Positions 1 through 8,212 of a stretch of 16,512 bases of DNA are shown piece by piece. Where the stretch lies: contig CAZSWP010000002.1 in the NCBI GenBank assembly GCA_964610875.1, positions 142,593 to 159,104 of the forward strand, written 5' to 3'. The translations under genes were made by a program, and so were the position numbers. The DNA is from an uncultured archaeon (GTDB taxonomy: Archaea; Asgardarchaeota; Thorarchaeia; Thorarchaeales; Thorarchaeaceae). The notes under the pieces are model-generated. The model was not told the origin of the DNA and searched no databases. It saw only the letters and a list, made by a program, of their open reading frames with translations. How positions within the stretch are numbered: the stretch's first letter is position 1; each line of letters begins with the position of its first letter.

Positions 1-614
1 TCTTTCACTTCTTTCACTTCTTTCTTCTTCCCGATTTTCAATGCATCGACTTCTGCTGCAGATTGAATCCAGAAGGCGACACGTACTAGAACTTCTTCAA
101 GAAACCGCTCTCTGTCGTCGGGTTTTGCATCTTCAGGCCATTTGTTCTTCCTATAATCCTGGAAGTTCTTGAAGACACGTCCATACTTTGTCGTCATGGG
201 AATCTCTACAATCTTATCACAGATAGTAGAGAGTGAGCGGATGAGTAGCACATAATCGAGATCCAACCGAATCAGCCACTTTGCTATGGCTTTGAAGAAT
301 GCGCGAGAGTCAGTGCCTTCCCATCCAATGGTCTTCAGACCCTCGCGGTCTTTTCCTTCCACTCGCTCACTATAGAATTCACAGTCCTTGTCATAGGTAC
401 ATTTGGCTCTGGCGTATATCTTCTTCTTTGCATGCCAGACAATTACCTCATGTTCACCTTTGGTCTGCATCATCACTTTATGTTTCCCTGCTGGAAAAGA
501 CACCTCTACCACACCGGGTTCTTTCCCACTCTTCGTGTTTCTGAAATAGAGTTCGAGTGCCCATGCGATTCCAGGGATGGTGTTGACTGGGTATAGCTCA
601 TCAGTATCAGGCAT
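1..614 (-). CDS. Hypothetical protein, 3'-truncated by the window edge (at least 204 aa), not in the ORF track
   Basis: Manual translation from ATG at 614: MPDTDELYPVNTIPGIAWALELYFRNTKSGKEPGVVEVSFPAGKHKVMMQTKGEHEVIVWHAKKKIYARAKCTYDKDCEFYSERVEGKDREGLKTIGWEGTDSRAFFKAIAKWLIRLDLDYVLLIRSLSTICDKIVEIPMTTKYGRVFKNFQDYRKNKWPEDAKPDDRERFLEEVLVRVAFWIQSAAEVDALKIGKKKEVKEVK. No stop before the edge, protein-like composition, co-oriented downstream of the GTPase. Confidence 0.85.
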   Translation of the reverse strand, partial: MPDTDELYPVNTIPGIAWALELYFRNTKSGKEPGVVEVSFPAGKHKVMMQTKGEHEVIVWHAKKKIYARAKCTYDKDCEFYSERVEGKDREGLKTIGWEGTDSRAFFKAIAKWLIRLDLDYVLLIRSLSTICDKIVEIPMTTKYGRVFKNFQDYRKNKWPEDAKPDDRERFLEEVLVRVAFWIQSAAEVDALKIGKKKEVKEVK

Positions 615-690
615 TGTGTGTTACTACAAGACAGACCTAGTTTTCACTCTTATGCATGATGAAAATACATTAGAAATGAACTAGATTGGG

Positions 691-1233
691 CTATTCTTTG
701 CGTCGGTTCTCGACTAGAACAGTACCGAGCTCCTCAAAGATGTCTACTATTCCTTCACCAGTCTTTGCTGATGACTCCATGTAGGGCATTTCGTGACTAT
801 CTGCAAATGCTTTGCCTTCTGCGGGTTCCACGACACGGTCTGGCAAATCGGTCTTGTTGGCTACTAAGACGAGGGGGATCTTTCTACCAACCGCCTTCTC
901 TAATTCTTCCAACCATTCTTCAAGCACAATGAAGGTACGACGTCGGGTCACATCAAAGACGATTATTCCACCACTGGAACCACGATAGTACATGGGTCGT
1001 AGGATTTGAAATCGGCTTTGGCCAGCCACATCCCATATCTGCAGTTTTACAGTGTTGCGTGAACCATCATCATTCTGAATATCGATGTTCTTGACTGCGA
1101 ATTGACTCCCAATCGTGGTCTTGTAGTCTGTACGGAAAAAGCCATGCGAGAAACGCGTAACAATAGCAGTCTTCCCCACTGCACCTTCGCCTAAAACCAC
1201 GATTTTGAAAAGATAGTCGTATTGGCTACTCAA
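691..1233 (-). CDS. Rab-like small GTPase (Ras superfamily)
   Basis: G1 GEGAVGKT, G2 TTIG, G3 WDVAGQ, G4 NKTD, G5 SAK. Rab-family motifs YDYLFK, KLQIW and YYRG. TTG start preceded by GGAGGA. Confidence 0.95.
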   Translation of the reverse strand: MSSQYDYLFKIVVLGEGAVGKTAIVTRFSHGFFRTDYKTTIGSQFAVKNIDIQNDDGSRNTVKLQIWDVAGQSRFQILRPMYYRGSSGGIIVFDVTRRRTFIVLEEWLEELEKAVGRKIPLVLVANKTDLPDRVVEPAEGKAFADSHEMPYMESSAKTGEGIVDIFEELGTVLVENRRKE

Positions 1234-1240
1234 AGTAATA

Positions 1241-1246
1241 TCCTCC
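1241..1246 (-). promoter_or_regulatory. Shine-Dalgarno site GGAGGA for the Rab-like GTPase
   Basis: + strand tcctcc at 1241-1246, 7 nt from the TTG start at 1233. Confidence 0.65.
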
Positions 1247-1557
1247 AGTGAATATCGTCATGTTCCTCTAGTCAATTTGCATATCGCAACACGGGTTTAT
1301 CCTTTTTCATTCTATGAATCATGAAGTGTTGGATAATGTTCAGAGCGATTAGGTTCTACCGCACTAATAAGGTTTCGTTCGACTTAAGCAGATGACCACT
1401 CCGAGCCTTACCGATATAATGTGAGTAGAAAAATGAAGAACACGATTCGCAGTACAGGCCATTTTGGAATCAGTGAATTCTTGCTCAGTATAAAAAAGGA
1501 AGCAAATTCCTGGAAAACCGCTTCCACGTTCTTCGCTGTACCATATTATGCTTTAGA

Positions 1558-1695
1558 GTGAATTTACTAGGTGTGATATTGATAACTTTCTCATTTGTTT
1601 CTTGTATGGGATTAGGTGTGGTCGGTGTCTACATACTCCTGCTTTTGATAGCTGTAGGAGCTATATGTGTGACTCAGAAAACTGACATTCCATAG
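1558..1695 (+). CDS. Possible small hydrophobic membrane protein (about 38-45 aa) or gene remnant
   Basis: GTG-started frame (V)NLLGVILITFSFVSCMGLGVVGVYILLLLIAVGAICVTQKTDIP*, almost entirely hydrophobic. Alternative TTG start at 1579 after aggtgtga. No recognised homology. Confidence 0.25.
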   Translation: MNLLGVILITFSFVSCMGLGVVGVYILLLLIAVGAICVTQKTDIP

Positions 1696-1748
1696 CACGA
1701 CCCGATATATTGGCAGGCCAGAAATTCAACTTGGATAAAAATTGCAAT

Positions 1749-2540
1749 CTAGTTTGACCTTTCCACCCAATCAACAAATTTGGCGAGTATTGCATTGAAA
1801 GTGTCCGATTCCTCAACCATAGGTGAATGGTCAGCGCCTTTTACCATGGCATATTCAGCGCGGGGTAATGCCAGCTCCAATTGCAAAGCAACCTCAGGGG
1901 TTATGACATCATCATCTTCTCCTACTATTACTAGTGCCGGGGCAGTGATCTCACTCAATCTGTCAGTTATTTCAAACGAATCACAGGCTTTCAAATCGCT
2001 GAGTATTGTTCGCCCTTGGAATTTTGTGACTCCTTCTTTGAAGTCGGCTAGTGAGAAGGTCTTGAAGTCCTCATCTAGCTCGTCAATCTCATACTTTGGC
2101 TCATGGTTTTCAAATGCTTCAATTATCAGACCGCTGATCAGTTTGGAGAGGTCGAGGTCAGAAGAAGTGTCAGCAAGGACTAAAGCGGTCGGCGTGGGAG
2201 CATCATCCATCAAGCAATAACACATTACTACACCACCACCCATTGAATGCCCTGCCAGAATGAATTCATCAAGACCAAGATTTTCAATCAGCGATTTTAG
2301 TTCTAGTGCAAACCTTTTGATACTTGGCTCTTGATCGCAACTCTCGGATCTCCCATGACCTGATAGATCGATAGCAATGACTCTATTCCTCTTTTTGAAT
2401 TTGATTATCTGTAGAGTCCATATAATATGTGATGATCCTGCACCATGAACAAAGACTATTGGAAGTCCTTTGGTTTTATCAACCCTATCATCATAATCTA
2501 CATAGTGGATTTGTTGACCACCGTATTGAAAGAAGGGCAT
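1749..2540 (-). CDS. Alpha/beta fold hydrolase
   Basis: FVHGAG oxyanion loop, DLSGHGRS, nucleophile elbow GHSMGG, acid in GEDD, catalytic His in GADHSPMVE. Confidence 0.93.
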   Translation of the reverse strand: MPFFQYGGQQIHYVDYDDRVDKTKGLPIVFVHGAGSSHIIWTLQIIKFKKRNRVIAIDLSGHGRSESCDQEPSIKRFALELKSLIENLGLDEFILAGHSMGGGVVMCYCLMDDAPTPTALVLADTSSDLDLSKLISGLIIEAFENHEPKYEIDELDEDFKTFSLADFKEGVTKFQGRTILSDLKACDSFEITDRLSEITAPALVIVGEDDDVITPEVALQLELALPRAEYAMVKGADHSPMVEESDTFNAILAKFVDWVERSN

Positions 2541-2656
2541 CTTACTTCAACCTCGTAATGATTGGCTCTCTACAATCGCACATATATCAGTATTCTAAGT
2601 ATCTTTGTAGTAGTTACCTTTTTGTTGCCCCCATATATGATTCGGATGTGAAACAC

Positions 2657-4036
2657 ATGACAAGTGGTCTCTTTGGAACAACAGGAGTTCGAAAAGTCTA
2701 CGGGACTGAATTTGATATAGAGATGGCTATGCGCTTGGGAAAGGCATTTGGTACGTATCTGGGTGATGGAAAGATAATCATCGCAAGAGACGCTCGAACT
2801 ACTGGGGAAATGGTAGTGGATGCATTGACTTCAGGACTGCTCTCAACTGGGATTGATGTTGTAAAAGCAGGAATCATTCCCACTCCAACCCTAGCTTTCC
2901 TGACAAAAAAAATAGGTTTTGACGCCGGTCTGATGGTCACAGCGTCCCATAATCCTCCCGAATATACTGGAGTCAAGTTCTGGAATAAAGACTCAATGGG
3001 ATTCACACAAGACATAGAAAAGAAACTTGAAGAAACCTACTTTGCTAATGAGTTCAAAAATGCTCCATGGGACAAGCTGGGTTCAGTAAGTGAACTAAGC
3101 AATCCTGCTGAAATACACATAGATTCACTTCTTGCACACTGTGATGCGGAATCTATCAAGGAGAAGAAATTCAAAGTTATCATTGATCCGGGTAATGGAG
3201 CAGCATGTGTCCTCACCCCATATTTGGCACAGAAACTTGGTTGTTCAGTCATTACCATCAATGGTCAACTTGATGGTCACTTTCCAGGGAGACCATCTGA
3301 GCCTGAAGAAACTACATTAGGTGACCTAATTAGAATGGTCAAAGAAATTGGTGCAGATCTGGGTGTTGCTCATGATGGAGATGCAGACAGAGTCGTCTTT
3401 GTGACAAAATCTGGTGAAGTTATCCGTGGGGATAGAACAATCGCACTTCTTGCGATACATGCCATGGCTCAATCTGAAAACAAGGTTGTTGTCACCACTG
3501 TGGACAGTTCAAGAGCATTGGATGAGAGCATAGAGAAACATGGAGGTAAAACAGAAAGAACACCAGTTGGAGATATTCAGGTCGCTGTTAAGGTGAAGGA
3601 ACTAGGTGCGATACATGGGGGAGAGGCATGTGGTGTTTTCATCTTTCCTGAGTATCATCTTGCACCAGACCCATTCCTTGCCTTTTGCCGCGTACTGGAA
3701 ATAATGGCAAAAACAGGCAAGTCATTTGATGAATTGATATCCAATATCCCAATATATCCTCTAAAGAAGTCCAAGATCAAAGTTCCAAACGAGTATAAAC
3801 AATCAGTGATGGAAAAACTTGCAGAGGAGCTTCCAAAATCACTCACTGGTGTAAAAGAGGTTCTCACTGTGGACGGTATCGGTCTATTCTTAGAGAACGG
3901 ATGGGTTTTAGTCCGCCCATCAGGAACAGAACCAGTCATTAGAATCACCTGTGAGGGACAATCAGAAAATGAGGTGATTGGCATCCTAGAGAGCACTCAG
4001 ACTATAGTGGAAAGAGTTGTAGAAACGTTGCGATAG
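2657..4036 (+). CDS. glmM: Phosphohexomutase (phosphoglucosamine mutase / phosphomannomutase family)
   Basis: LFGTTGVR N-terminus, phosphoserine loop TASHNP, metal loop DGDADR, GGEACG, RPSGTEP. The true start is ATG 2657; the ORF-track extension to 2429 overlaps the opposite gene. GlmM versus PMM specificity cannot be resolved from motifs. Confidence 0.88.
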   Translation: MTSGLFGTTGVRKVYGTEFDIEMAMRLGKAFGTYLGDGKIIIARDARTTGEMVVDALTSGLLSTGIDVVKAGIIPTPTLAFLTKKIGFDAGLMVTASHNPPEYTGVKFWNKDSMGFTQDIEKKLEETYFANEFKNAPWDKLGSVSELSNPAEIHIDSLLAHCDAESIKEKKFKVIIDPGNGAACVLTPYLAQKLGCSVITINGQLDGHFPGRPSEPEETTLGDLIRMVKEIGADLGVAHDGDADRVVFVTKSGEVIRGDRTIALLAIHAMAQSENKVVVTTVDSSRALDESIEKHGGKTERTPVGDIQVAVKVKELGAIHGGEACGVFIFPEYHLAPDPFLAFCRVLEIMAKTGKSFDELISNIPIYPLKKSKIKVPNEYKQSVMEKLAEELPKSLTGVKEVLTVDGIGLFLENGWVLVRPSGTEPVIRITCEGQSENEVIGILESTQTIVERVVETLR

Positions 4037-4067
4037 GAAAATGTCTACCATTACGATGCAAGCAATG

Positions 4068-4073
4068 TTTATA
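4068..4073 (+). promoter_or_regulatory. Putative archaeal TATA box (TTTATA) for the 4114 gene
   Basis: TTTATA about 40 nt upstream of ATG 4114 in a 77-nt intergenic gap. Confidence 0.4.
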
Positions 4074-4113
4074 GCAGTATTACGAGAAATCCAATCTATA
4101 AGAGGCCTCTCTA

Positions 4114-4536
4114 ATGAATGACAAAGATGATGAACTAGGTATCATGGCTGATTTCAAATGGGCACTGAAAGACCCCACTGAAGAAAAGCTGAGAGAGCTT
4201 GGTGAAGTTGTTAGTATAATCACAACCAAGCTGATAGATGCCTTTGGAAAACTGGAGAGGAGATTAGATGAATTCGAATCCAGTTTAGGTGGTTTGGAAA
4301 CGAAGGTCAGTAGTCTTGATTCTAAGGTTGCAAGAGGCGTTTCACCAGCGCCAGGAGATGCAGATCCATCACCAGCTGCAGCCGCAGCAGGAACCGGTAT
4401 GGCTTCGGCACCAATGGCTTCAGCACCGAAACCAAAACCTGCAGGTGCAGGTGGCGGTATGAGCATGATGGGTGAATTGAAAGCGTTGTTAGCCGCAAGA
4501 AGGGTAAAATCAGAAACACCAAGCGAGTCGGAATAG
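4114..4536 (+). CDS. Coiled-coil / Pro-Ala-rich protein with a C-terminal amphipathic helix; candidate actin-binding or cytoskeleton-regulatory protein
   Basis: Heptad region at about aa 23-75, low-complexity P/A/G linker at aa 76-112, helix GGGMSMMGELKALLAARRVK, short acidic tail ETPSESE. The CDS is well supported; the function is inference. Confidence 0.8.
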   Translation: MNDKDDELGIMADFKWALKDPTEEKLRELGEVVSIITTKLIDAFGKLERRLDEFESSLGGLETKVSSLDSKVARGVSPAPGDADPSPAAAAAGTGMASAPMASAPKPKPAGAGGGMSMMGELKALLAARRVKSETPSESE

Positions 4537-4541
4537 TCTAT

Positions 4542-5210
4542 TCAGATTAGCCGTTGAACACTGTTTTCAGGATAAAAGGGTCCTGCATGTTCAGGATATT
4601 TTATAGTAAAAGCTTCTGCACGTTCACAATTAGCTTGTACACCACGTAGTTTGGTTCTGGCATCATAGAGCCGAAAATAGAACCCTTCTGCTTTCCCCGT
4701 CTGAGAATGATGTGCTTTTAGGGCGTCATTAGCAGTTTTGTAGGTCTTGGATATGTCAACCATTATTTGTGGATAGGAATGTAGAGAATTGACTTCCATA
4801 TGATAAATTCGCTCAACACGATGAGCATTATCATAGATTGTAACATGTGATGCCCATTCAACTGCTTCGTCAACCAAACGAGAACAAGTAACATGATTCC
4901 GATTGTAATCGAGGGGGGAATGCGTGATTACTATGATCGGTCTCGCCTTTAGAATGACCTCAGTGATATCCTTGATGAGTGATTCACCCACCTCAAAATC
5001 ACCCCTCTCGAACCAGTAGACATTGCGTACACCTAGAATACTACATGCTTTTTCAAGCTCGACGCTTCTTCGAGAGCTAGAAGTGAGACTAAGTACATCA
5101 ACAGGAATTCCAAATTCTACATGTTTTCTTATTGTTCCTCCAGCACCCAAGCACTCATCATCAGGATGAGCTCCAATCACAAGTATTGATGATTCTTCGT
5201 TTCGAGGCAT
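4542..5210 (-). CDS. bshB: PIG-L/LmbE family Zn-dependent N-deacetylase, BshB-like
   Basis: ILVIGAHPDDE motif, RxxExxxAxxILG, VDIS...ALKAHHSQ, RG...AEAF. Divergent from bshA. Likely start ATG 5210. Confidence 0.8.
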   Translation of the reverse strand: MPRNEESSILVIGAHPDDECLGAGGTIRKHVEFGIPVDVLSLTSSSRRSVELEKACSILGVRNVYWFERGDFEVGESLIKDITEVILKARPIIVITHSPLDYNRNHVTCSRLVDEAVEWASHVTIYDNAHRVERIYHMEVNSLHSYPQIMVDISKTYKTANDALKAHHSQTGKAEGFYFRLYDARTKLRGVQANCERAEAFTIKYPEHAGPFYPENSVQRLI

Positions 5211-5318
5211 ACAAATCCTTAGACCTCGGTTTCTAATCAAGCTTTGGCGCACTCACGATTGTTCAGACCAGTTGCCTTAAAGGTCAAAAATACACTTAAT
5301 TTTGCAAGGTTGACCAGC

Positions 5319-6479
5319 TTGAGAATCGGAGTAAATCTCTACCCTTCAGTAGGTGGATCTGGACACTTAGCCACAAGACTTGGACAGAAACTTGCATCAA
5401 AAGGTCATATCATTCATTTCATCAGTTACGAAAGACCGTTTTCCTTAATGTGGGAACAGACAAGAGGTGTCTACGTTGACCTCGTAGACAGATTTGACTA
5501 TCCTTTATTCAAAGCAACGGGACCACCATACACAATGGCTCTAGCATCTAAGATAATCAAAGTCATTCATGATTCCAAACTGGATCTCATTCACGCACAC
5601 TACGCAATTCCACATGCAATGTCAGCTTATATGGCAAGAGAAATTACAAAGACACCATATGTCGTTACACTTCATGGTTCAGATGTACATACTTTGGGAT
5701 TGGACCCAGCATATGAACCAATTGTGAGACACACTGTTGAGAAAGCTGATGCAGTCACCGCAGTATCTGAGTTCCTTAAGAGGAAAGCACAGGATGAACT
5801 GGGGATTGAAAGAGAGATTCATGTAATTCCCAATTTCATTGATGTCGAAAAATTCACCGAGCTTAAAGGAGTGCGACTGACCGTAGAAAGTGGATGTGTG
5901 TCATTACGTAGTACTGCAGAGGCAAAAGAGCTTCATCCTAAAGAAAAGATACTCCTCCATGCATCAAACTTCCGTAAGGTCAAGCGTGTAGTAGAACTAG
6001 TTGAGATAATGAGAATTGTTGCTGATCATCATCCAGAAACAAGACTGATCATAGCAGGTGATGGACCTACAAGGATAGAGGTGGAGAGAAAAATCGAAGA
6101 ACTTGACCTCTGTAACAACATCCACCTGTTAGGTATCAAGAGTAATATGCAGGAGATTATGTGCTCTGCAGATATCTTTCTATTGAATTCCACACTGGAA
6201 GGAATGCCACTAGTACTACTAGAAGCAATGTCCTGCAAATTGCCCGTCATAACAACACCAGCTGGAGGAATACCAGAACTAGTGCGTCCCGGAATCGATG
6301 GGTTTGTAACTAAGGGATTTGAACAGGAGGAGTTTGCTCAAGCTGTGATAGATCTTCTTTCGGATGAATCAATGCGAAAGAAATATGGAATTGCTGGTCG
6401 AAAACGAGTGGAAGAATCATTCTCAGCGGATATGATCGTTCAGAAGTATGAGAAGGTATTCGAAGAGGCCCTGAAATAG
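5319..6479 (+). CDS. bshA: N-acetyl-alpha-D-glucosaminyl L-malate synthase BshA (GT4 glycosyltransferase)
   Basis: BshA signatures RIGxxxYPSVGGSG, PPYxxALASKI, HAHYAIPHA, TLHGSD, NFID, HASNFRKVKRV, GDGP, LVLLEAM, GGIPE. Likely TTG start at 5319. Confidence 0.92.
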   Translation: MRIGVNLYPSVGGSGHLATRLGQKLASKGHIIHFISYERPFSLMWEQTRGVYVDLVDRFDYPLFKATGPPYTMALASKIIKVIHDSKLDLIHAHYAIPHAMSAYMAREITKTPYVVTLHGSDVHTLGLDPAYEPIVRHTVEKADAVTAVSEFLKRKAQDELGIEREIHVIPNFIDVEKFTELKGVRLTVESGCVSLRSTAEAKELHPKEKILLHASNFRKVKRVVELVEIMRIVADHHPETRLIIAGDGPTRIEVERKIEELDLCNNIHLLGIKSNMQEIMCSADIFLLNSTLEGMPLVLLEAMSCKLPVITTPAGGIPELVRPGIDGFVTKGFEQEEFAQAVIDLLSDESMRKKYGIAGRKRVEESFSADMIVQKYEKVFEEALK

Positions 6480-6496
6480 AAGGTGAGTGAATTTCA

Positions 6497-8212
6497 TTGA
6501 ATCCAAGTATCTTGGAAGTCTATAATCAATTCATTTGGGAAAATAAGTATTCACAACTTGCACACGAACTCTACAATAGTCCTCCTGTCATGTTCAATGA
6601 CCTAAGAGGAAGAGTTCCAGATGTGATGGACGCTTACAGGAAAACAGGATGGTTTGATGATTCACATACAAAAAAGATGAGGGATATTCTTCGAAGGATC
6701 AACCGTGAGATAGGTTGCTTGACACCAGAAGTAAGCAAAAACATTGAGAAACTGCATAACGGAGCTGTTGAGGCAGCTCACCAGAGTGTTGTGTTAGGTG
6801 GACCATGTTATATCCTTAACAAAGCAGCAACTGCAGAGAGGTTTGCTACTTTAAATTCGACAGAGGAAAATCCACTTGCCCCCTTCTTCTGTGTAGCAGA
6901 TTATGATATTGTACAAAATGAACTCACTCATATGAGAACTCCAAATATGGGATCGGGAGGCAATCTTGTCAGTATACCAATACCACAAGGGTATGAACAT
7001 TCACCAGTGAGTTTTCTTCCCCTACCTGACTATTCATGGTATGAAAGTGCAGAAGAGAGTATTCGTAATGAATATCGCCCGTTGTTCAAAGTACTTGATG
7101 GAACAGCAAGGACGCTGATGGAGGAACGTCTGGAATCCATATTATCAATTATCCGATCAGCATACATAACAACTGGTACTCTTGGTGACTGGGCGATACG
7201 CATTCTTGGGCATCTCTTCAATGTCATAGGACATCTAGGACTACCTATCCTACCAGCCTCGAATTTAGAAGTGAGAGAAATCTGGTGTAAAGGTATGGAG
7301 ATGTTGTTGGCTGAAGAAAACAGAGATGCATTCTTACAAGCTCATAACAAAGCAACTCAGACAATCCTCGATAACGGATTTTCAACTGGGACTGGAGCTC
7401 GAGATGATAGTCATGTGCCATTCTTCTACGAGTGTTCCAAAGATGCATGCAAACGAGCGAGAATAGAACTCAGATACGAAAAGATAGCTAGCAAAGCAGT
7501 ACTCAGAGGAAAATGTCCTAACTGTAATGAAGAGATAGAAATCGAAGTGGATGCACGGTCTCCAGACCTTTCAGAGCATGCCGTGTTTCTCTCTCCAAGA
7601 GTCGATACAAGACAGATGGTAATTGACACATCACTTCCTATCATCACACATGTAGGTGGACCTGGTGAGACTGCGTACTATGCACAGGTGATTCCTGTTG
7701 CTAGAGCTATGAAACATCCTTTCCCACTTTTTGTTAGATATCCAAGAGTCTTTTTCAATACACCATGGAATGAAGACCTAGCCAACACTCTGAAAGAACA
7801 AGACCTACTTGTACTACACAGGTCTGAGATGTTTAAACTCATAGGTAAGGTTTCAAAATTCAGAAGGAAGTCTCGTTTTGATAAGATGAATGACGCAATG
7901 GCAGATTTAGAACAGTTCATTCACACTTCTAGAATTCAACTCAATGAGAGACTTTCTGATATATCCAAATCAATTGAGGCTTCAGAAGGAAAAGTTGACG
8001 ATGACACTCTAGAACTCAAGTTCGATCTAGAAACATACCTTTCATGGGTATATGGACAATATGCTGAAGAAAAACACGCACAGGAATCATCTTGGGCATG
8101 GATTGAGTGGGCATTGAATGCAGGACTTGGAGACCTCTTTGGCCCCTATGAGAGAGCATATGTTCCAGAGATGAAGAATGGTGGCACCATGTTTGTGAAT
8201 TTTGTACTTTGA
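6497..8212 (+). CDS. bshC: Bacillithiol biosynthesis protein BshC (putative cysteine ligase), divergent
   Basis: HQxxxLGGPxYxLNK, SPRVxxR...LP...GGPGETAYYAQ and PR motifs, C-terminal coiled coil, about 570 aa, 17 nt downstream of bshA, AGGTGA SD before the TTG start. Confidence 0.85.
   Translation: MNPSILEVYNQFIWENKYSQLAHELYNSPPVMFNDLRGRVPDVMDAYRKTGWFDDSHTKKMRDILRRINREIGCLTPEVSKNIEKLHNGAVEAAHQSVVLGGPCYILNKAATAERFATLNSTEENPLAPFFCVADYDIVQNELTHMRTPNMGSGGNLVSIPIPQGYEHSPVSFLPLPDYSWYESAEESIRNEYRPLFKVLDGTARTLMEERLESILSIIRSAYITTGTLGDWAIRILGHLFNVIGHLGLPILPASNLEVREIWCKGMEMLLAEENRDAFLQAHNKATQTILDNGFSTGTGARDDSHVPFFYECSKDACKRARIELRYEKIASKAVLRGKCPNCNEEIEIEVDARSPDLSEHAVFLSPRVDTRQMVIDTSLPIITHVGGPGETAYYAQVIPVARAMKHPFPLFVRYPRVFFNTPWNEDLANTLKEQDLLVLHRSEMFKLIGKVSKFRRKSRFDKMNDAMADLEQFIHTSRIQLNERLSDISKSIEASEGKVDDDTLELKFDLETYLSWVYGQYAEEKHAQESSWAWIEWALNAGLGDLFGPYERAYVPEMKNGGTMFVNFVL

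Noticed and set aside
299-544. 81-aa + strand ORF
   Set aside because: Antisense shadow of the longer, protein-like minus-strand frame 1-614.
1433-1561. 42-codon ATG ORF (MKNTIRSTGHF...)
   Set aside because: Short, with no motif or clear RBS; consistent with chance.
2429-2656. 76-aa N-terminal extension of the phosphohexomutase in the ORF track
   Set aside because: Overlaps the opposite-strand hydrolase; family similarity begins at ATG 2657.
4080-4522. Minus-strand ORFs 4080-4466 and 4322-4522
   Set aside because: Shadows of the 4114-4536 gene, which has an ATG, an upstream TATA box and coherent architecture.
5211-5318. Apparent head-to-head overlap of bshB and bshA
   Set aside because: Artefact of longest-ORF start calls; the likely starts at 5210 and 5319 leave a 108-nt divergent promoter region.
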